From Candidatus Methanomethylicia archaeon (lineage in GTDB: Archaea > Thermoproteota > Methanomethylicia > Culexarchaeales > Culexarchaeaceae), in NCBI GenBank assembly GCA_038727515.1, contig JAVYVS010000006.1, positions 13,088 to 77,087 on the forward strand: 64,000 bases of DNA, read 5' to 3'. How positions within the stretch are numbered: the first letter of the stretch is position 1; each line of letters begins with the position of its first letter. This document shows, piece by piece, positions 31,166-42,018 of this stretch. Under the pieces are notes generated by a model. That model did no database searches. It saw only the letters and a program-made list of their open reading frames with translations, and was not told the DNA's origin. The position numbers were made by a program, and so were the translations under genes.

Positions 31166-32782
31166 GTGACTGAGGAAATTTTTGTAAGAAGAGCATCTGG
31201 ATTAGTTAGAGAGCTTGAATGGTATGACGTTATGATTTGGAGTATAGCTTGTCCAGCAGCATCTGGAATGACCTATTATGCAGCTAAGATGTTGGGTGAT
31301 CCTTCTGCTTATGGTGGGAATGTTGCTTTTGCCTTCTTTTTGGCTGGATTAATGTGGTTACCTTTAATAGTTGCATTTGCAATGATTTCTTCATCTTTTC
31401 CAAGAGCAAGTAGTTTGTACGTTTTTGTGTCTAGAACAATTCATCCAGTTCTCGGTTATATACCATTCTGGTACTGGATAATAGGTGGCGGTGCTGCCAT
31501 GGTCTCAGGATTCATACTCTTCATAGGTGTTAAAGCACTTGCAGGTGCTTGGGCTATTGCAGGCATTCTAAGTGGAAGTAAATGGTTAATGGATATTGCA
31601 TATGTAGTTACTGATCCATGGCATCAGTTTGGAATCGCTATAATACTTACCATAATTCTTTGGGCTCTAAATTACTTTGGAATTAGAGTGCTTAAGTGGA
31701 CTCTTAGGATAATCACATGTATACCTTTAGCAATAACCATAGCAGTACTTGTAGGTTTAGCCATTGTAGGTCCTAATGCAGCATTTACTAATTGGGATAA
31801 GATATATGGTGTTGGGACATCTGCTAATATAATTAAGGCAGCATTCGAGGGGGGTGAATGGTTCGGTACTAGTGTTGAACCATTGAGTGCTGTTTCATTC
31901 TGGGAAGGTACTTATGCAATGCTACTTTGGACTCTTTGGGCTTGGACTGGTTTTGAATCTGTAACTTTTGTTGGTAGTGAGGTGAAGAGTCCAACTAAGA
32001 GTTACATAAGGGGGTATATAGGTGCATTCATAACTATAATGGCTTTATACTTAGCCAATGGATTTCTAATACCCCTTGTTGGTAATTATGATTTCATAGC
32101 TGCATACTCTTACTTAAAGATGAATTACCCAGATGTTTTATCAGAGATAGTTCATGGATTACCTGTAGCAGATGCTTCCGTACCTCTAGTAGCTTCTGCA
32201 GCCTTCTTCAATCCCATTATTGCAGTACTTATAGGCATAGCTTACTTCCTATGGTATTTCAATACTGCTATGGTTTGCTGGATAGGTGGTGTTAGAGGAT
32301 TCTTCTCATTATCCTTTGATAGAGCATTACCAGAGAAATTAGCTGAAGTATCACCAAAATGGGCAGCTCCAACCTGGGCTAATCACTTAACATTCATTCT
32401 AGCAATTTTAGGAGTATTCTTTACTCTAGGTGATTCTTTAGGTTCAGAATTAGCTTCTGGTATTGTAGCATTCATGGATTTCAGTTGTTTAATTTTTGTT
32501 TGGCCAGTTGGATTAGCGTTAATGCTCTTACCTTGGTGGAAACCAGAACTATTTAAAGCAATGATTATACCATCAAAAATTGCATCTTTAATAATTGGTG
32601 CATTAGTATTTGCTATTGGATGGTATTTCATGATCTTCACAGCTTATACGGACATACCAGTACTATTAACGAACATTATAGTTGGAACAGTAGGTGTATT
32701 AATTCTGGCTTTCATGATGGCAAAGAATAGAGCAAGAGGGATACCAGTGGAGAAGATATACTCTGAAATACCTCCCGCATAG
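31166..32782 (+). CDS. APC family amino acid permease
   Basis: FVRRASGLVRE, FPRA..YV, E.K.P, FDR.LP and EIPP; many TM helices. Confidence 0.87.
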   Translation: MTEEIFVRRASGLVRELEWYDVMIWSIACPAASGMTYYAAKMLGDPSAYGGNVAFAFFLAGLMWLPLIVAFAMISSSFPRASSLYVFVSRTIHPVLGYIPFWYWIIGGGAAMVSGFILFIGVKALAGAWAIAGILSGSKWLMDIAYVVTDPWHQFGIAIILTIILWALNYFGIRVLKWTLRIITCIPLAITIAVLVGLAIVGPNAAFTNWDKIYGVGTSANIIKAAFEGGEWFGTSVEPLSAVSFWEGTYAMLLWTLWAWTGFESVTFVGSEVKSPTKSYIRGYIGAFITIMALYLANGFLIPLVGNYDFIAAYSYLKMNYPDVLSEIVHGLPVADASVPLVASAAFFNPIIAVLIGIAYFLWYFNTAMVCWIGGVRGFFSLSFDRALPEKLAEVSPKWAAPTWANHLTFILAILGVFFTLGDSLGSELASGIVAFMDFSCLIFVWPVGLALMLLPWWKPELFKAMIIPSKIASLIIGALVFAIGWYFMIFTAYTDIPVLLTNIIVGTVGVLILAFMMAKNRARGIPVEKIYSEIPPA

Positions 32783-32794
32783 AGGAGCTCTTTA

Positions 32795-33748
32795 ATGACC
32801 ACCAAAATATTTTTTTCTGTTGATGTTCATGGTTCAACTTTAGTTTGGAGAAAATGGATAAAGGCTCATGAAATCCATAAACCAGATGTTCTAATATTAG
32901 CTGGAGATTTAACTGGTAAAGTTCTAGTACCAATAGTTGAACAATCAGATGGTACTTATTCTGCAAAATATTTTGGTAAGAAGTGGACTTTAAAAAAGGA
33001 GGATGAAATTAAAGAATTTGAAAGTAGATTGGAGAATTCCGGCGTTTACTTCATAAGAATTACTAAAAATGAGTTGGAAGAATTAAAGAATGATCCAGAG
33101 AAAGTGAAACAAGTAATCTTCAATGAAATGAGAAAACGTTTGAAGAATTGGTTAGATATTCTAATTTCCCATGTAGATACGAAAAAAGTTTTAACTGTAG
33201 TTATGCCGGGTAACGATAATGAATTGATTATTGACGATATTATTAAGGAGTATGAGGATAGAGGAGTTATATATCCTTTAGATAAAATTTTTGAGATAGC
33301 TGGTTACGAAGTCATCTCCTCCCCATATGTTAATCCAACACCTTGGAATACACCTAGAGAACTATCAGAGGGGCCTCTTGAAAAACACTTAGAAAAACTT
33401 ATAAGTAAATTAAAAGCACCTGAAAAATCAATTTTCAATTTTCACTGTCCTCCTTATGGAACTCACCTGGACTTAGCACCAAAATTAACGAAGGATTTAA
33501 AACCAATAATAATCGCTGGTTTAGTTGAATATGAACATGTAGGTAGCAAATCCATTAAGAAAATTATTGAAAAATACAAACCTATCTTAGGCTTACATGG
33601 ACATATACATGAATCAGGAGGATTTGATTACATAGGTAAAACATTGATCTTAAATCCTGGAAGTGAATATAGTGAAGGTGTTTTAAAAGCATATATAATT
33701 GAACTAGATAAAGATGGTGTTAAGAACTTTTGGCGCTTAGAAGGTTAA
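32795..33748 (+). CDS. calcineurin-like metallophosphoesterase
   Basis: DVHGS, GDLTGK, PGND, TPWNTPRE, HCPP, LHGHIHE and NPGSEY. Confidence 0.88.
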   Translation: MTTKIFFSVDVHGSTLVWRKWIKAHEIHKPDVLILAGDLTGKVLVPIVEQSDGTYSAKYFGKKWTLKKEDEIKEFESRLENSGVYFIRITKNELEELKNDPEKVKQVIFNEMRKRLKNWLDILISHVDTKKVLTVVMPGNDNELIIDDIIKEYEDRGVIYPLDKIFEIAGYEVISSPYVNPTPWNTPRELSEGPLEKHLEKLISKLKAPEKSIFNFHCPPYGTHLDLAPKLTKDLKPIIIAGLVEYEHVGSKSIKKIIEKYKPILGLHGHIHESGGFDYIGKTLILNPGSEYSEGVLKAYIIELDKDGVKNFWRLEG

Positions 33749-34203
33749 TCTTGGATAAATCCGAATAGGAAATATATCCATCCACAATAAGTGATCTTAG
33801 ATATCTACAATAGGATACATGTGAAAACTATTCTAGATTTAATAATAGCATACAGTAATCTAAGACTAAGATAAATTTGAGTTTAGCCGTAATCTTCTAA
33901 TGAATTTCTCTCCATTAAAAGATGTAGCGGGATGAGAAGAGGTATTATAATAAGTGCAAGCGAATTCTTCTATTAAACAAGAACAAATTAGAAACAATTT
34001 AAATTACAGAGTTTTAAATGAATTGGATACTTGGCTTAAATCCATAAATCTACTCCTATTATCACTTCTAATTAGCATATAATAAGTATTTATCTGCAAA
34101 AAATGGTATATTCTAAAATCAAATTATGGATTTTATATTCAATTTACTGCTAAAAAATGGAAATATTTATATATGTGATTACCAAAAAATTGTATTGAAG
34201 GTG

Positions 34204-34743
34204 ATGAAAATTAGCTTAAAAACCATTAAGTATAATAAGATGGGTATAAGCCCAGTAATAGCAACAGTAATAATAGTAGCAGTAACAATAACTGTTGCAG
34301 TAGCAATATCATACTGGATGGGTGGAATAGCAGGATTATACACACGATTCGAAAAAATAGAAATATCTTATGCTACCGTAGAATATGACTCTAATAATAA
34401 ATATTGGGTTATAATATTGAAAGTTAAAAATACTGGTTCTGCTGATGCGAGAATAGATGATATCTTACTTAACGGCATCTCCATATTCAATGTTAAGAAT
34501 AACGATGGTAAATATGCTAATTATAATACTAGTTCTTCTAACATACCTACCATTCAACCAAGCAATAATCCCGTGAGTTCAGTATCTATACTTGTGAATA
34601 GTGGTGGTGAAATTTATATAGCAATAGCCCTTCCAGATTCCGCGAAAATGGGTAGTAGTATTGCTTCTTCTGGTTTGAGTCTTGAGATTAAATTGCATAC
34701 TGCTGCCGGTAAGGATTATCCAAAGATCATAACCTTGCCATAG
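34204..34743 (+). CDS. archaeal type IV (major) pilin
   Basis: Class III signal KYNKMG|ISPVIATVIIVAV plus hydrophobic helix; VKNTG. Start uncertain (34126-34204). Confidence 0.85.
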   Translation: MKISLKTIKYNKMGISPVIATVIIVAVTITVAVAISYWMGGIAGLYTRFEKIEISYATVEYDSNNKYWVIILKVKNTGSADARIDDILLNGISIFNVKNNDGKYANYNTSSSNIPTIQPSNNPVSSVSILVNSGGEIYIAIALPDSAKMGSSIASSGLSLEIKLHTAAGKDYPKIITLP

Positions 34744-34750
34744 ATGATAT

Positions 34751-36376
34751 GTGTTTCACATAATTATCCCCCTTTCTTTTTTCGGGGGTGGTGAAGTGTT
34801 AAAGTTGAGTAAATTTAAGTTTCCTTCTGGTGTTAATAATAAGTTTTCTAGTGTTGTTATTGTTAAAGATGTTATGGTTCATCAGCTCCCTGAGGATTGT
34901 AATGTTTTGATGGATTATTGGGTTTATGAGCCGTATGCTAAGATTGTTATTGCTGAAGATGTTTCTGGCGGTTTAAAGTATTATGTTTTAGAGGATCCTT
35001 TAACTTTTGGTGAGAGGATGATTCTTGATAAGATTTTATCTTTTATTGTTAGAGAGAGGGATCCTCCTAAGGGTGATGTGGATAGAGTTAAATTCGTTGT
35101 TTCTGAAGCTGAAGCTTTAATGAATAAGTATAAGAGGCTTCGTCCTTCTTCTGAGGCTTCTAAGAATAAGATTTTGTATTATGTTTCTAGGGAACTTGCA
35201 GGTTTTGGTCCTATTCATCCAATTATGCTTGATCTCAATATTGAGGATATTTCTTGTAATGGTGTTGGTTTACCAGTTTATGTCTATCATAGGGTTTTTG
35301 AGAGTCTTCCTACGAATATTGTTTTTGTTAATGAGGAGGCTCTTGATGATTTTATAATTAAGCTTGCTCATCTTTCTGGTAAGCATGTTTCTAGTGCAAA
35401 TCCGGTTGTGGATGCTACTCTCCCTGGTAAGCATAGGCTTGCAGCTACTTTTATGCGTGAAGTTTCTAATTTTGGTAGTTCATTTTGTATTAGGAAGTTT
35501 AGGGAGAGACCATTTTCTATTGTTGAGCTTATCTCTATGGGTACTGTTAATGAGTGGATTGCAGCTTATTTGTGGATGATCGTGGAGAATAAGATGAGTG
35601 TTATGATTCTTGGTGGTACTGGTGCTGGTAAAACCACTATGTTGAATGCTATTTTAAGTTTAATTAGACCTGAAGTTAAAATTGTTACTGTTGAAGAAAC
35701 TGCTGAAATAAATCTTCATCATGAGAATTGGGTTTCCTTTGTTAGTAGGGAGGAATTGGAATTTTCTGGTGTTAAAGCTAGGTCTATACGTCTATTTGAT
35801 CTTGTTAAAACTTCACTTAGGTATAGACCTGATTATCTTATTGTGGGTGAAGTTAGAGGTGAAGAAGCTTATGTTCTATTTCAAGCTTTAGCTACTGGGC
35901 ATGGCGGTATGTCTACTATGCATGCTGATAGTTTGGATTATGCTGTTAAAAGGCTTACTTCTCCACCGATGAATATATCTCCACTTTATATGCCTCTCAT
36001 GAATGTTTGGCTTCATATTGAACGCATGAGTGATTTAAAATTTAATGGTCGTGGTAGTGTTAGGAGGGTTAAAACTATTTGGGAGATGGATTCTGATGGG
36101 AGTGATATTGTTGTTGCTGAATGGATTCCTGAGGGATTCTTCCATACAGATTTTGGAAGTAGCCTTCTGCTTAAGAAATTGAGTCGTAAGATTGGTTTAT
36201 CAATGAATATTTTGTTATCGGAATTGGAGAATAGAGCTAATTATTTGAAGAAGCTACTTGATCGTGGTATTACATCCCATAAAAGTGTTGCTGAAGCTAT
36301 TAGAAACTACTATAAGTCTTATGCTGAGAATTTTGGGATTACTAATTCTTTAACTATAAATAATGGTGTTGGTTGA
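34751..36376 (+). CDS. type IV pilus/secretion ATPase (FlaI/TadA-like)
   Basis: IEDISCNG, IRKF, GGTGAGKT, VEETAE, LRYRPDY..VGEVRG, TGHGG and TMHA. Confidence 0.92.
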   Translation: MFHIIIPLSFFGGGEVLKLSKFKFPSGVNNKFSSVVIVKDVMVHQLPEDCNVLMDYWVYEPYAKIVIAEDVSGGLKYYVLEDPLTFGERMILDKILSFIVRERDPPKGDVDRVKFVVSEAEALMNKYKRLRPSSEASKNKILYYVSRELAGFGPIHPIMLDLNIEDISCNGVGLPVYVYHRVFESLPTNIVFVNEEALDDFIIKLAHLSGKHVSSANPVVDATLPGKHRLAATFMREVSNFGSSFCIRKFRERPFSIVELISMGTVNEWIAAYLWMIVENKMSVMILGGTGAGKTTMLNAILSLIRPEVKIVTVEETAEINLHHENWVSFVSREELEFSGVKARSIRLFDLVKTSLRYRPDYLIVGEVRGEEAYVLFQALATGHGGMSTMHADSLDYAVKRLTSPPMNISPLYMPLMNVWLHIERMSDLKFNGRGSVRRVKTIWEMDSDGSDIVVAEWIPEGFFHTDFGSSLLLKKLSRKIGLSMNILLSELENRANYLKKLLDRGITSHKSVAEAIRNYYKSYAENFGITNSLTINNGVG

Positions 36377-38193
36377 TGGCGAATTTCAAAGGTTTTTGTT
36401 ACAATCTTTTTGGCTTTTTTGGTGATAAATTTGCATCTATATTTCCTTGGATTGATAAGTGGATTGAAGTTTCAGGTTTAAAGATTCATCCTTCAGTTTA
36501 TTTCTCCATAACTTCCTTTATCCTAATTTTATCTACATTTCCCTCAATACTCTTCATATTATTGGTGTTTATTGCATTTTTACAAATTGATTTACCTCAA
36601 CCATTATTTAACCTGTTTTATTCACTCTCATTTCTACCAATACCTTTAATAATATTCTTAATAATCTTACCTCTCATAGTATTTTCTTTATCCCTATTTC
36701 TTCCAATATTTATTTCTAAAAGTAAGATTTATGGTTTTGAACTTGAATTGCCTTATCTTTCTGCATATTTAACGATTATGGTGTCAAGTGGATTATCATT
36801 GTATAGAGGTCTTAAGAGGGTTATGAATAGCAAGGTCTTTAGTAGGGCTGGTATGTATGTGAGTGAAGTTGAAGTTTCATCTATAGCTAAGGGTATTGAT
36901 CCACTTTATATTCTTGAAGATTTTGCCAGTAAAATTAATGTTAAAGGATTTAAAGAGCTTGTTTCAGGTTATATTTCTACATTGAGGAGTGGTGGTGATG
37001 TTGCTGATTATGTTTATAATAGGACTGAAATCTTATTTCAAGAAATGCTTTCTAGGGTGAAGGCTGTTGCTGATAGACTTGGTCTTTTAATGGAGGCTTT
37101 AATAACTGTTTTATGTCTTGGGGGTATAGGTTTAAACCTCTTCTTCATATGCTCTATGTCTATGAGTGATGTTCTTGGCATTCCAGCTATGAATGGAGAT
37201 ATATTCTTTATATTCTCCTTTATCCTTTTACCGTTGATAAATATAATTTTCATATATTTTGCTGATTCAACTCAAATAAGTTATCCAGAAAAAGTTTTTA
37301 AGAGGTATATTCCCTTTCTAATACTCTTACCAATACTTTTCGTCACCATTTTTCTAATAGTAATTCCATATGTTTTCGATAATCCTATCCCACAATTCCT
37401 AAATCCCATTGTTGAATTTGTTAAGGATATTGCAAGTAGTAGAGCTGGTAATGTTGGATTTACTCCATCAATAATTCTTTGCTTAACTTTAATTATAATT
37501 AGTATTCCAGCTGCTATCTATGATATCTTTCTCTCTAAAATTGAATCTGCATATGAATCTGGTTTAACAAGTTTTCTTAGGGATCTTGTGGAAGTTAGGA
37601 AGAGTGGTTTACCTCCAGAAAAATGTCTAATTCTACTTTCTAATAGGAGGTATGGTAGGTTTAATAAAATCTTAGATAATGTTAGGAGGGGTATTATCTG
37701 GGGTTTACCATTACGTAAAATTTTTGAAAAAGTTTTTAATGAATTGGATAATTGGCTTGTTTCTGTAAATCTATTCCTATTAGTGGATACCATTGAGATT
37801 GGTGGTGGAAGTATTGAAACTCTTGAGTCTATGACTAAGTTTTCTGAGACCTCTATGCTTGTTGAAAAAGAGAGGAAAGCTTTACTAAAACCTTTAATTC
37901 TTGTACCATATTTTGGAGCTATATTACTAATTCTTGTTGGAATATCCTTTCTATCATTTATGAATAATATGTTGAGTATTTCTGGTAGTTCTCTTCCAAT
38001 GGTTAGTTTAATTAAAATTCTTATGACTCCACTACCCATACAAATCTATACACTTGGTTTAGCTGCTGGTAAGATGAGTAGTGGTAGAGTTTCTGGAGGT
38101 TTTATTCATGCAATATTATTAACAACTATCGCTTTGATGGCTATACTCTTTAATTCTTCGATAAATCTCTCTGGATTTATTATGGGGGGTTAA
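36373..38193 (+). CDS. type IV pilus membrane platform protein (FlaJ/TadC, duplicated T2SSF)
   Basis: ELPY..SSGL..SGG and FLRDL.E..KSG..GGG repeats; multiple TM helices. Confidence 0.87.
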   Translation: MMANFKGFCYNLFGFFGDKFASIFPWIDKWIEVSGLKIHPSVYFSITSFILILSTFPSILFILLVFIAFLQIDLPQPLFNLFYSLSFLPIPLIIFLIILPLIVFSLSLFLPIFISKSKIYGFELELPYLSAYLTIMVSSGLSLYRGLKRVMNSKVFSRAGMYVSEVEVSSIAKGIDPLYILEDFASKINVKGFKELVSGYISTLRSGGDVADYVYNRTEILFQEMLSRVKAVADRLGLLMEALITVLCLGGIGLNLFFICSMSMSDVLGIPAMNGDIFFIFSFILLPLINIIFIYFADSTQISYPEKVFKRYIPFLILLPILFVTIFLIVIPYVFDNPIPQFLNPIVEFVKDIASSRAGNVGFTPSIILCLTLIIISIPAAIYDIFLSKIESAYESGLTSFLRDLVEVRKSGLPPEKCLILLSNRRYGRFNKILDNVRRGIIWGLPLRKIFEKVFNELDNWLVSVNLFLLVDTIEIGGGSIETLESMTKFSETSMLVEKERKALLKPLILVPYFGAILLILVGISFLSFMNNMLSISGSSLPMVSLIKILMTPLPIQIYTLGLAAGKMSSGRVSGGFIHAILLTTIALMAILFNSSINLSGFIMGG

Positions 38194-38196
38194 CAA

Positions 38197-38976
38197 TTGG
38201 GTAGAGCTTCTACTGAAAATAGACATAGTTTTGGGGCTTCTGAAATAATTGGGAATTTGATTATAGCTGCCACTATAATGGTTATCACTATTATTTCTGC
38301 TAATTTAGCTTTTACTATTATTGAAGTTCAAGCTGCTCAAGCTGAATTTGAGAGTATAAAGGATTCTATGATCATTCTTGCTGATATAATTGAAGAGGTT
38401 AGTAGTAGGATGTATTCTTCTGGTTATGTTAAATTTAATTGTAAATATGGTCGTATAGATTTTCTTAAAGATAATGTTCATGTTGAAGTTTATTTGATTA
38501 CTGAAATTAATAGTACTAAGATTATTGATGATTATACTTCAAGTATTAGGTATACTTCTAGTTTGAGTTTTTCTGTAGTTGATGAGTATATTAGAGGTAG
38601 TAGTGGTATAGGGATTGGAGAATATTCTCAAGTTATTTCCATTAGAACTCTAATGAGTTATGGTTTTCCATCTATAATTTTGAGTGGTGGTAGTATTAGA
38701 TTTCTTAGGGAGGGTGAAATATTTCTTTTTAGTAGGGGGATTTATACAAACGTTTATGAGCTTGTCTTTATAAGGTTGAAAATAGGTTCAACTTTTGGTT
38801 CTGGAAGTATTAATGTTAAAGCTTATAGTAAAAATGTTTTATTAAAAACTTTCTTTGTTGATTCCAATGGCATTTTAAAATTGTTTTTGAATGGTGTTCT
38901 CATTGATTCCAAGGGTATTATTTCTCCAGCAATATTGTATGTAGCTTTATTGGAGGTTGAATTATCAACTGTGTGA
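38197..38976 (+). CDS. putative minor pilin
   Basis: RHSFG|ASEIIG plus hydrophobic helix; pilus operon context. Confidence 0.65.
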   Translation: MGRASTENRHSFGASEIIGNLIIAATIMVITIISANLAFTIIEVQAAQAEFESIKDSMIILADIIEEVSSRMYSSGYVKFNCKYGRIDFLKDNVHVEVYLITEINSTKIIDDYTSSIRYTSSLSFSVVDEYIRGSSGIGIGEYSQVISIRTLMSYGFPSIILSGGSIRFLREGEIFLFSRGIYTNVYELVFIRLKIGSTFGSGSINVKAYSKNVLLKTFFVDSNGILKLFLNGVLIDSKGIISPAILYVALLEVELSTV

Positions 38977-39502
38977 GGTGATGGTATTGACATCTATAAT
39001 CACCCATATATTCTCTCTATCTTCATTATTGATAATATTGTTTGCTTCCATAGTTTTTGTTCAAGATATGCAATTACTAAGTGTTATGAATACTTCAAGA
39101 TTTCTTTGTATGGAGATTTCACATAGAATTGCTTCTGATATTTCTAATCTCGTTAATATCGCTTTAACTACGGGTTCTAATAATATGATTATGGTTAAGG
39201 AACTTAATATTCCAAGTAATATTTTGGGTAGAAGTTTTATTGTCAGTTTAAAGGTTTATGGTGGATTTTATTATGTTGAAGTTGGAATTATTGATTGGAA
39301 ATGGGTTAATTCTTCATCTATAATTTCATTGAAAGCTTCATCTGATAAAGTTGTCTTTGAATTTGGAAGTGGGATTCTTCATTTTAGGGATAAAACAATT
39401 TATTATTCAAGTTCTTTTCTTGGAGGTGTTAAGAATTTGGTGATTTGGGTTTTTAAAGATGATCAATTGGTTAAAATTGGTTTAGGGGTGATGAAGAATT
39501 GA
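38957..39502 (+). CDS. pilus-associated membrane-anchored protein
   Basis: N-terminal TM helix, then I(A)S...L.IP..I.G pattern; operon context. Confidence 0.6.
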   Translation: MNYQLCEVMVLTSIITHIFSLSSLLIILFASIVFVQDMQLLSVMNTSRFLCMEISHRIASDISNLVNIALTTGSNNMIMVKELNIPSNILGRSFIVSLKVYGGFYYVEVGIIDWKWVNSSSIISLKASSDKVVFEFGSGILHFRDKTIYYSSSFLGGVKNLVIWVFKDDQLVKIGLGVMKN

Positions 39503-40665
39503 ATAGTTGGATGGAATATGTTCTTTCAGCCTTCCTACTTGTACTCCTATTTTTATCTACTGTAACATACTTTATTCCTGTCTCTCTGTATAGAGCTACG
39601 TATATAGCTGAAGGTCAACTTCAATTGGAAGCTGAAAAGGTTTTAAATCAATTACTTTTATCTCCAGGTGATCCTCCGGATTGGGGTTGCCTCAACATTT
39701 CCATTTCTGAATTGAAAGCCTTTGGTTTAGCTGCTATTAATGGTGAAAGTTATAGTTTAGATGCTGATAAATTAATTAGGGTATTTGATTTCAGTTTAAG
39801 TGAATTTTCAAATATTGTACCTATTAATTTAAATGATGTAATTAGTATACTTGGCTTGAAGGGTAAATATGGTTTGTATATGAAGCTTACACCTGCATTA
39901 AATTTATCTTTGCATAAGATTTCTGATTATGTTTATAGGGTTGTTGTTAAAACTCATGAAGATATTCCTGTTGTTAATGCTAGGATTAAAGCTGTTAGAA
40001 TTGCTGCATACTTTGATAATAATGAGAAAACCGTTACTTATGTTGAAGATGTTTTAGATAGTGTTTATACTGATTATGATGGTAGTGCAATTTTAAATTT
40101 CACTGAAGTTGGGATGGAGGGTGGTGTTGGCTTCTTTATGGTTTTATATGTTGATTTTCATGGTTTTTCCGTTGTTTCAAGTTTTATTTATGGTAATAGT
40201 GGTTATGGTGTTATAATTGGAAACGATCTTTATGTTGGTCATATAGATGATGATTTCAATTTACAGGAGATTAAAACTAGGAAGGGTAAACCTAATAATC
40301 CTGGTGGTGGCGCTATACATCTACTTCCTGCAGCTTTAATTGTTACTCCAAAATCCATTGAATCAACAGTGCTTTTTGATGGAAAAATTCTACCAATAAC
40401 TCCTCAAGGTGGTGCTAGACCATACTATAAATTTGAACTTGAAGGTTTAGATTCTGATGCTGTTATTGTGGCTTTTGTAATTAAGAATCTTGGTCAATAT
40501 AAGTTGGTTGTAGCTAGGAGGGCATATAATTCTCTTGAGGGTGGTGTAAGAGGATTTGATAATAGTTTTTTTGCTCGTGGAGTTCATGTTAGAAGACTCG
40601 TAAAGATATGTGGCTTCTTATATTATTTTGATATTGTTTTATGGAGGATTGTGGAAGAGGGTTAA
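39499..40665 (+). CDS. pilus-associated membrane-anchored protein
   Basis: N-terminal TM helix; LLLSPGDPPDW and FGLA; operon context. Confidence 0.62.
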   Translation: MNSWMEYVLSAFLLVLLFLSTVTYFIPVSLYRATYIAEGQLQLEAEKVLNQLLLSPGDPPDWGCLNISISELKAFGLAAINGESYSLDADKLIRVFDFSLSEFSNIVPINLNDVISILGLKGKYGLYMKLTPALNLSLHKISDYVYRVVVKTHEDIPVVNARIKAVRIAAYFDNNEKTVTYVEDVLDSVYTDYDGSAILNFTEVGMEGGVGFFMVLYVDFHGFSVVSSFIYGNSGYGVIIGNDLYVGHIDDDFNLQEIKTRKGKPNNPGGGAIHLLPAALIVTPKSIESTVLFDGKILPITPQGGARPYYKFELEGLDSDAVIVAFVIKNLGQYKLVVARRAYNSLEGGVRGFDNSFFARGVHVRRLVKICGFLYYFDIVLWRIVEEG

Positions 40666-41136
40666 TTGATGAATAGAATTGGGCAATTTAGAATTATTGA
40701 AACTCTAATAACTATTTTCTTAGTTATTGGGTCTATGATTATTGCAGTAAATTTACAGAAGGTTCCAAGTTCTTGGATTACTTATAGTGGTGAAGATCTT
40801 AAGAATATGGCTTTCAATATACTATGTGAAATCTCTATACCCATCATTGAACATGAAATTTTCAATCAAAATGAGAATTGGGAGAACAATATATTTTTTG
40901 CATTAAATACATTAATTCCAAAAAATATTTACTTTAATATAACCATATATGAAGTACTTCCCATGGATTCTAACGTTTCATTATTGAAAGTTGTTAATAG
41001 AATACCAATAACTAACATCCCAATTAATTATTATGGTAGAATTATGGAGGCTAAATCTGCTATTTATGTGCATACTTCGATGGATGGTAGAGTGTATATG
41101 ATTGTTTTAACTTTGATTAGAGGTGGAGGAGGTTGA
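40666..41136 (+). CDS. putative minor pilin
   Basis: NRIG|QFRIIE plus hydrophobic helix. Confidence 0.65.
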   Translation: MMNRIGQFRIIETLITIFLVIGSMIIAVNLQKVPSSWITYSGEDLKNMAFNILCEISIPIIEHEIFNQNENWENNIFFALNTLIPKNIYFNITIYEVLPMDSNVSLLKVVNRIPITNIPINYYGRIMEAKSAIYVHTSMDGRVYMIVLTLIRGGGG

Positions 41137-41960
41137 AAAAGGATTCTAAAGGACAGCTTCCAATAATTATTGCTATAACTTTAAGTGGTATAATTATTTT
41201 TTCTGCATTAATTGCCTATAGAACTTCTTTACTTCCTAAGAGTATTGAGAGTTCTGATTGGATCCATGTAATAGTAAATGTTGATAGAGATTTCAAACGT
41301 ATACTCAGAATTTCTCTAGCCAATTTTACACGTGAATTAATTGAAACGGGAAATGCAACTTCCTCTGAGTTTAAAGCTAGAGTTAAACTTGAAGTTTGGA
41401 GAATTGCATTTTCACTGGGTTATGTTGCTTCAAACTTAAATATTAGTATACATCCTAAGGGTAAAATTCTACTTAATGAATTCAGCTATACACTTCAAAT
41501 AATTAAAGATGGTTCTATTTACAATCAGATTGTTAATATCCCATATTTGAAGATTAAAGACGAGTTCTTCTTCAATTATAGTTGGGATCAGCCTTACAGT
41601 GTATCAATGGCTTATGCATCAATAAATCTAGATGTAGCTAAAGATGGAATTTATGGTTGGAATAATTCATATACGGTCTTTTCATCTATAAATATAACGA
41701 AGATAATTATAGATTCAAATTTTAACATAATCATGATATACTTTAATTTCCGTACTGAAGATGATTCATATTCAAAACTTAATGAAAATTGTATTTCCAT
41801 TATTATTAATGATACTCCAATATCCTTTGATAGTTTAATTTATTATGGTTTAGGTAATTATAGTGTTAAAGCAAAATACACTTCTTACCCTCAAAAAATA
41901 GCTTTAATTGTAATTGATGGTAGGGGTATAATTGTTGCATCCAAAGTGATTCTCAATTAA
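41133..41960 (+). CDS. putative minor pilin
   Basis: KDSKG|QLPIII plus hydrophobic helix; C-terminal D.RGIIV. Confidence 0.65.
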   Translation: MKKDSKGQLPIIIAITLSGIIIFSALIAYRTSLLPKSIESSDWIHVIVNVDRDFKRILRISLANFTRELIETGNATSSEFKARVKLEVWRIAFSLGYVASNLNISIHPKGKILLNEFSYTLQIIKDGSIYNQIVNIPYLKIKDEFFFNYSWDQPYSVSMAYASINLDVAKDGIYGWNNSYTVFSSINITKIIIDSNFNIIMIYFNFRTEDDSYSKLNENCISIIINDTPISFDSLIYYGLGNYSVKAKYTSYPQKIALIVIDGRGIIVASKVILN

Positions 41961-42018
41961 TTCTCCATTTACAAAACATTTATATATTTCATATGTAATT
42001 TATTGTTGGTGTTGACAT

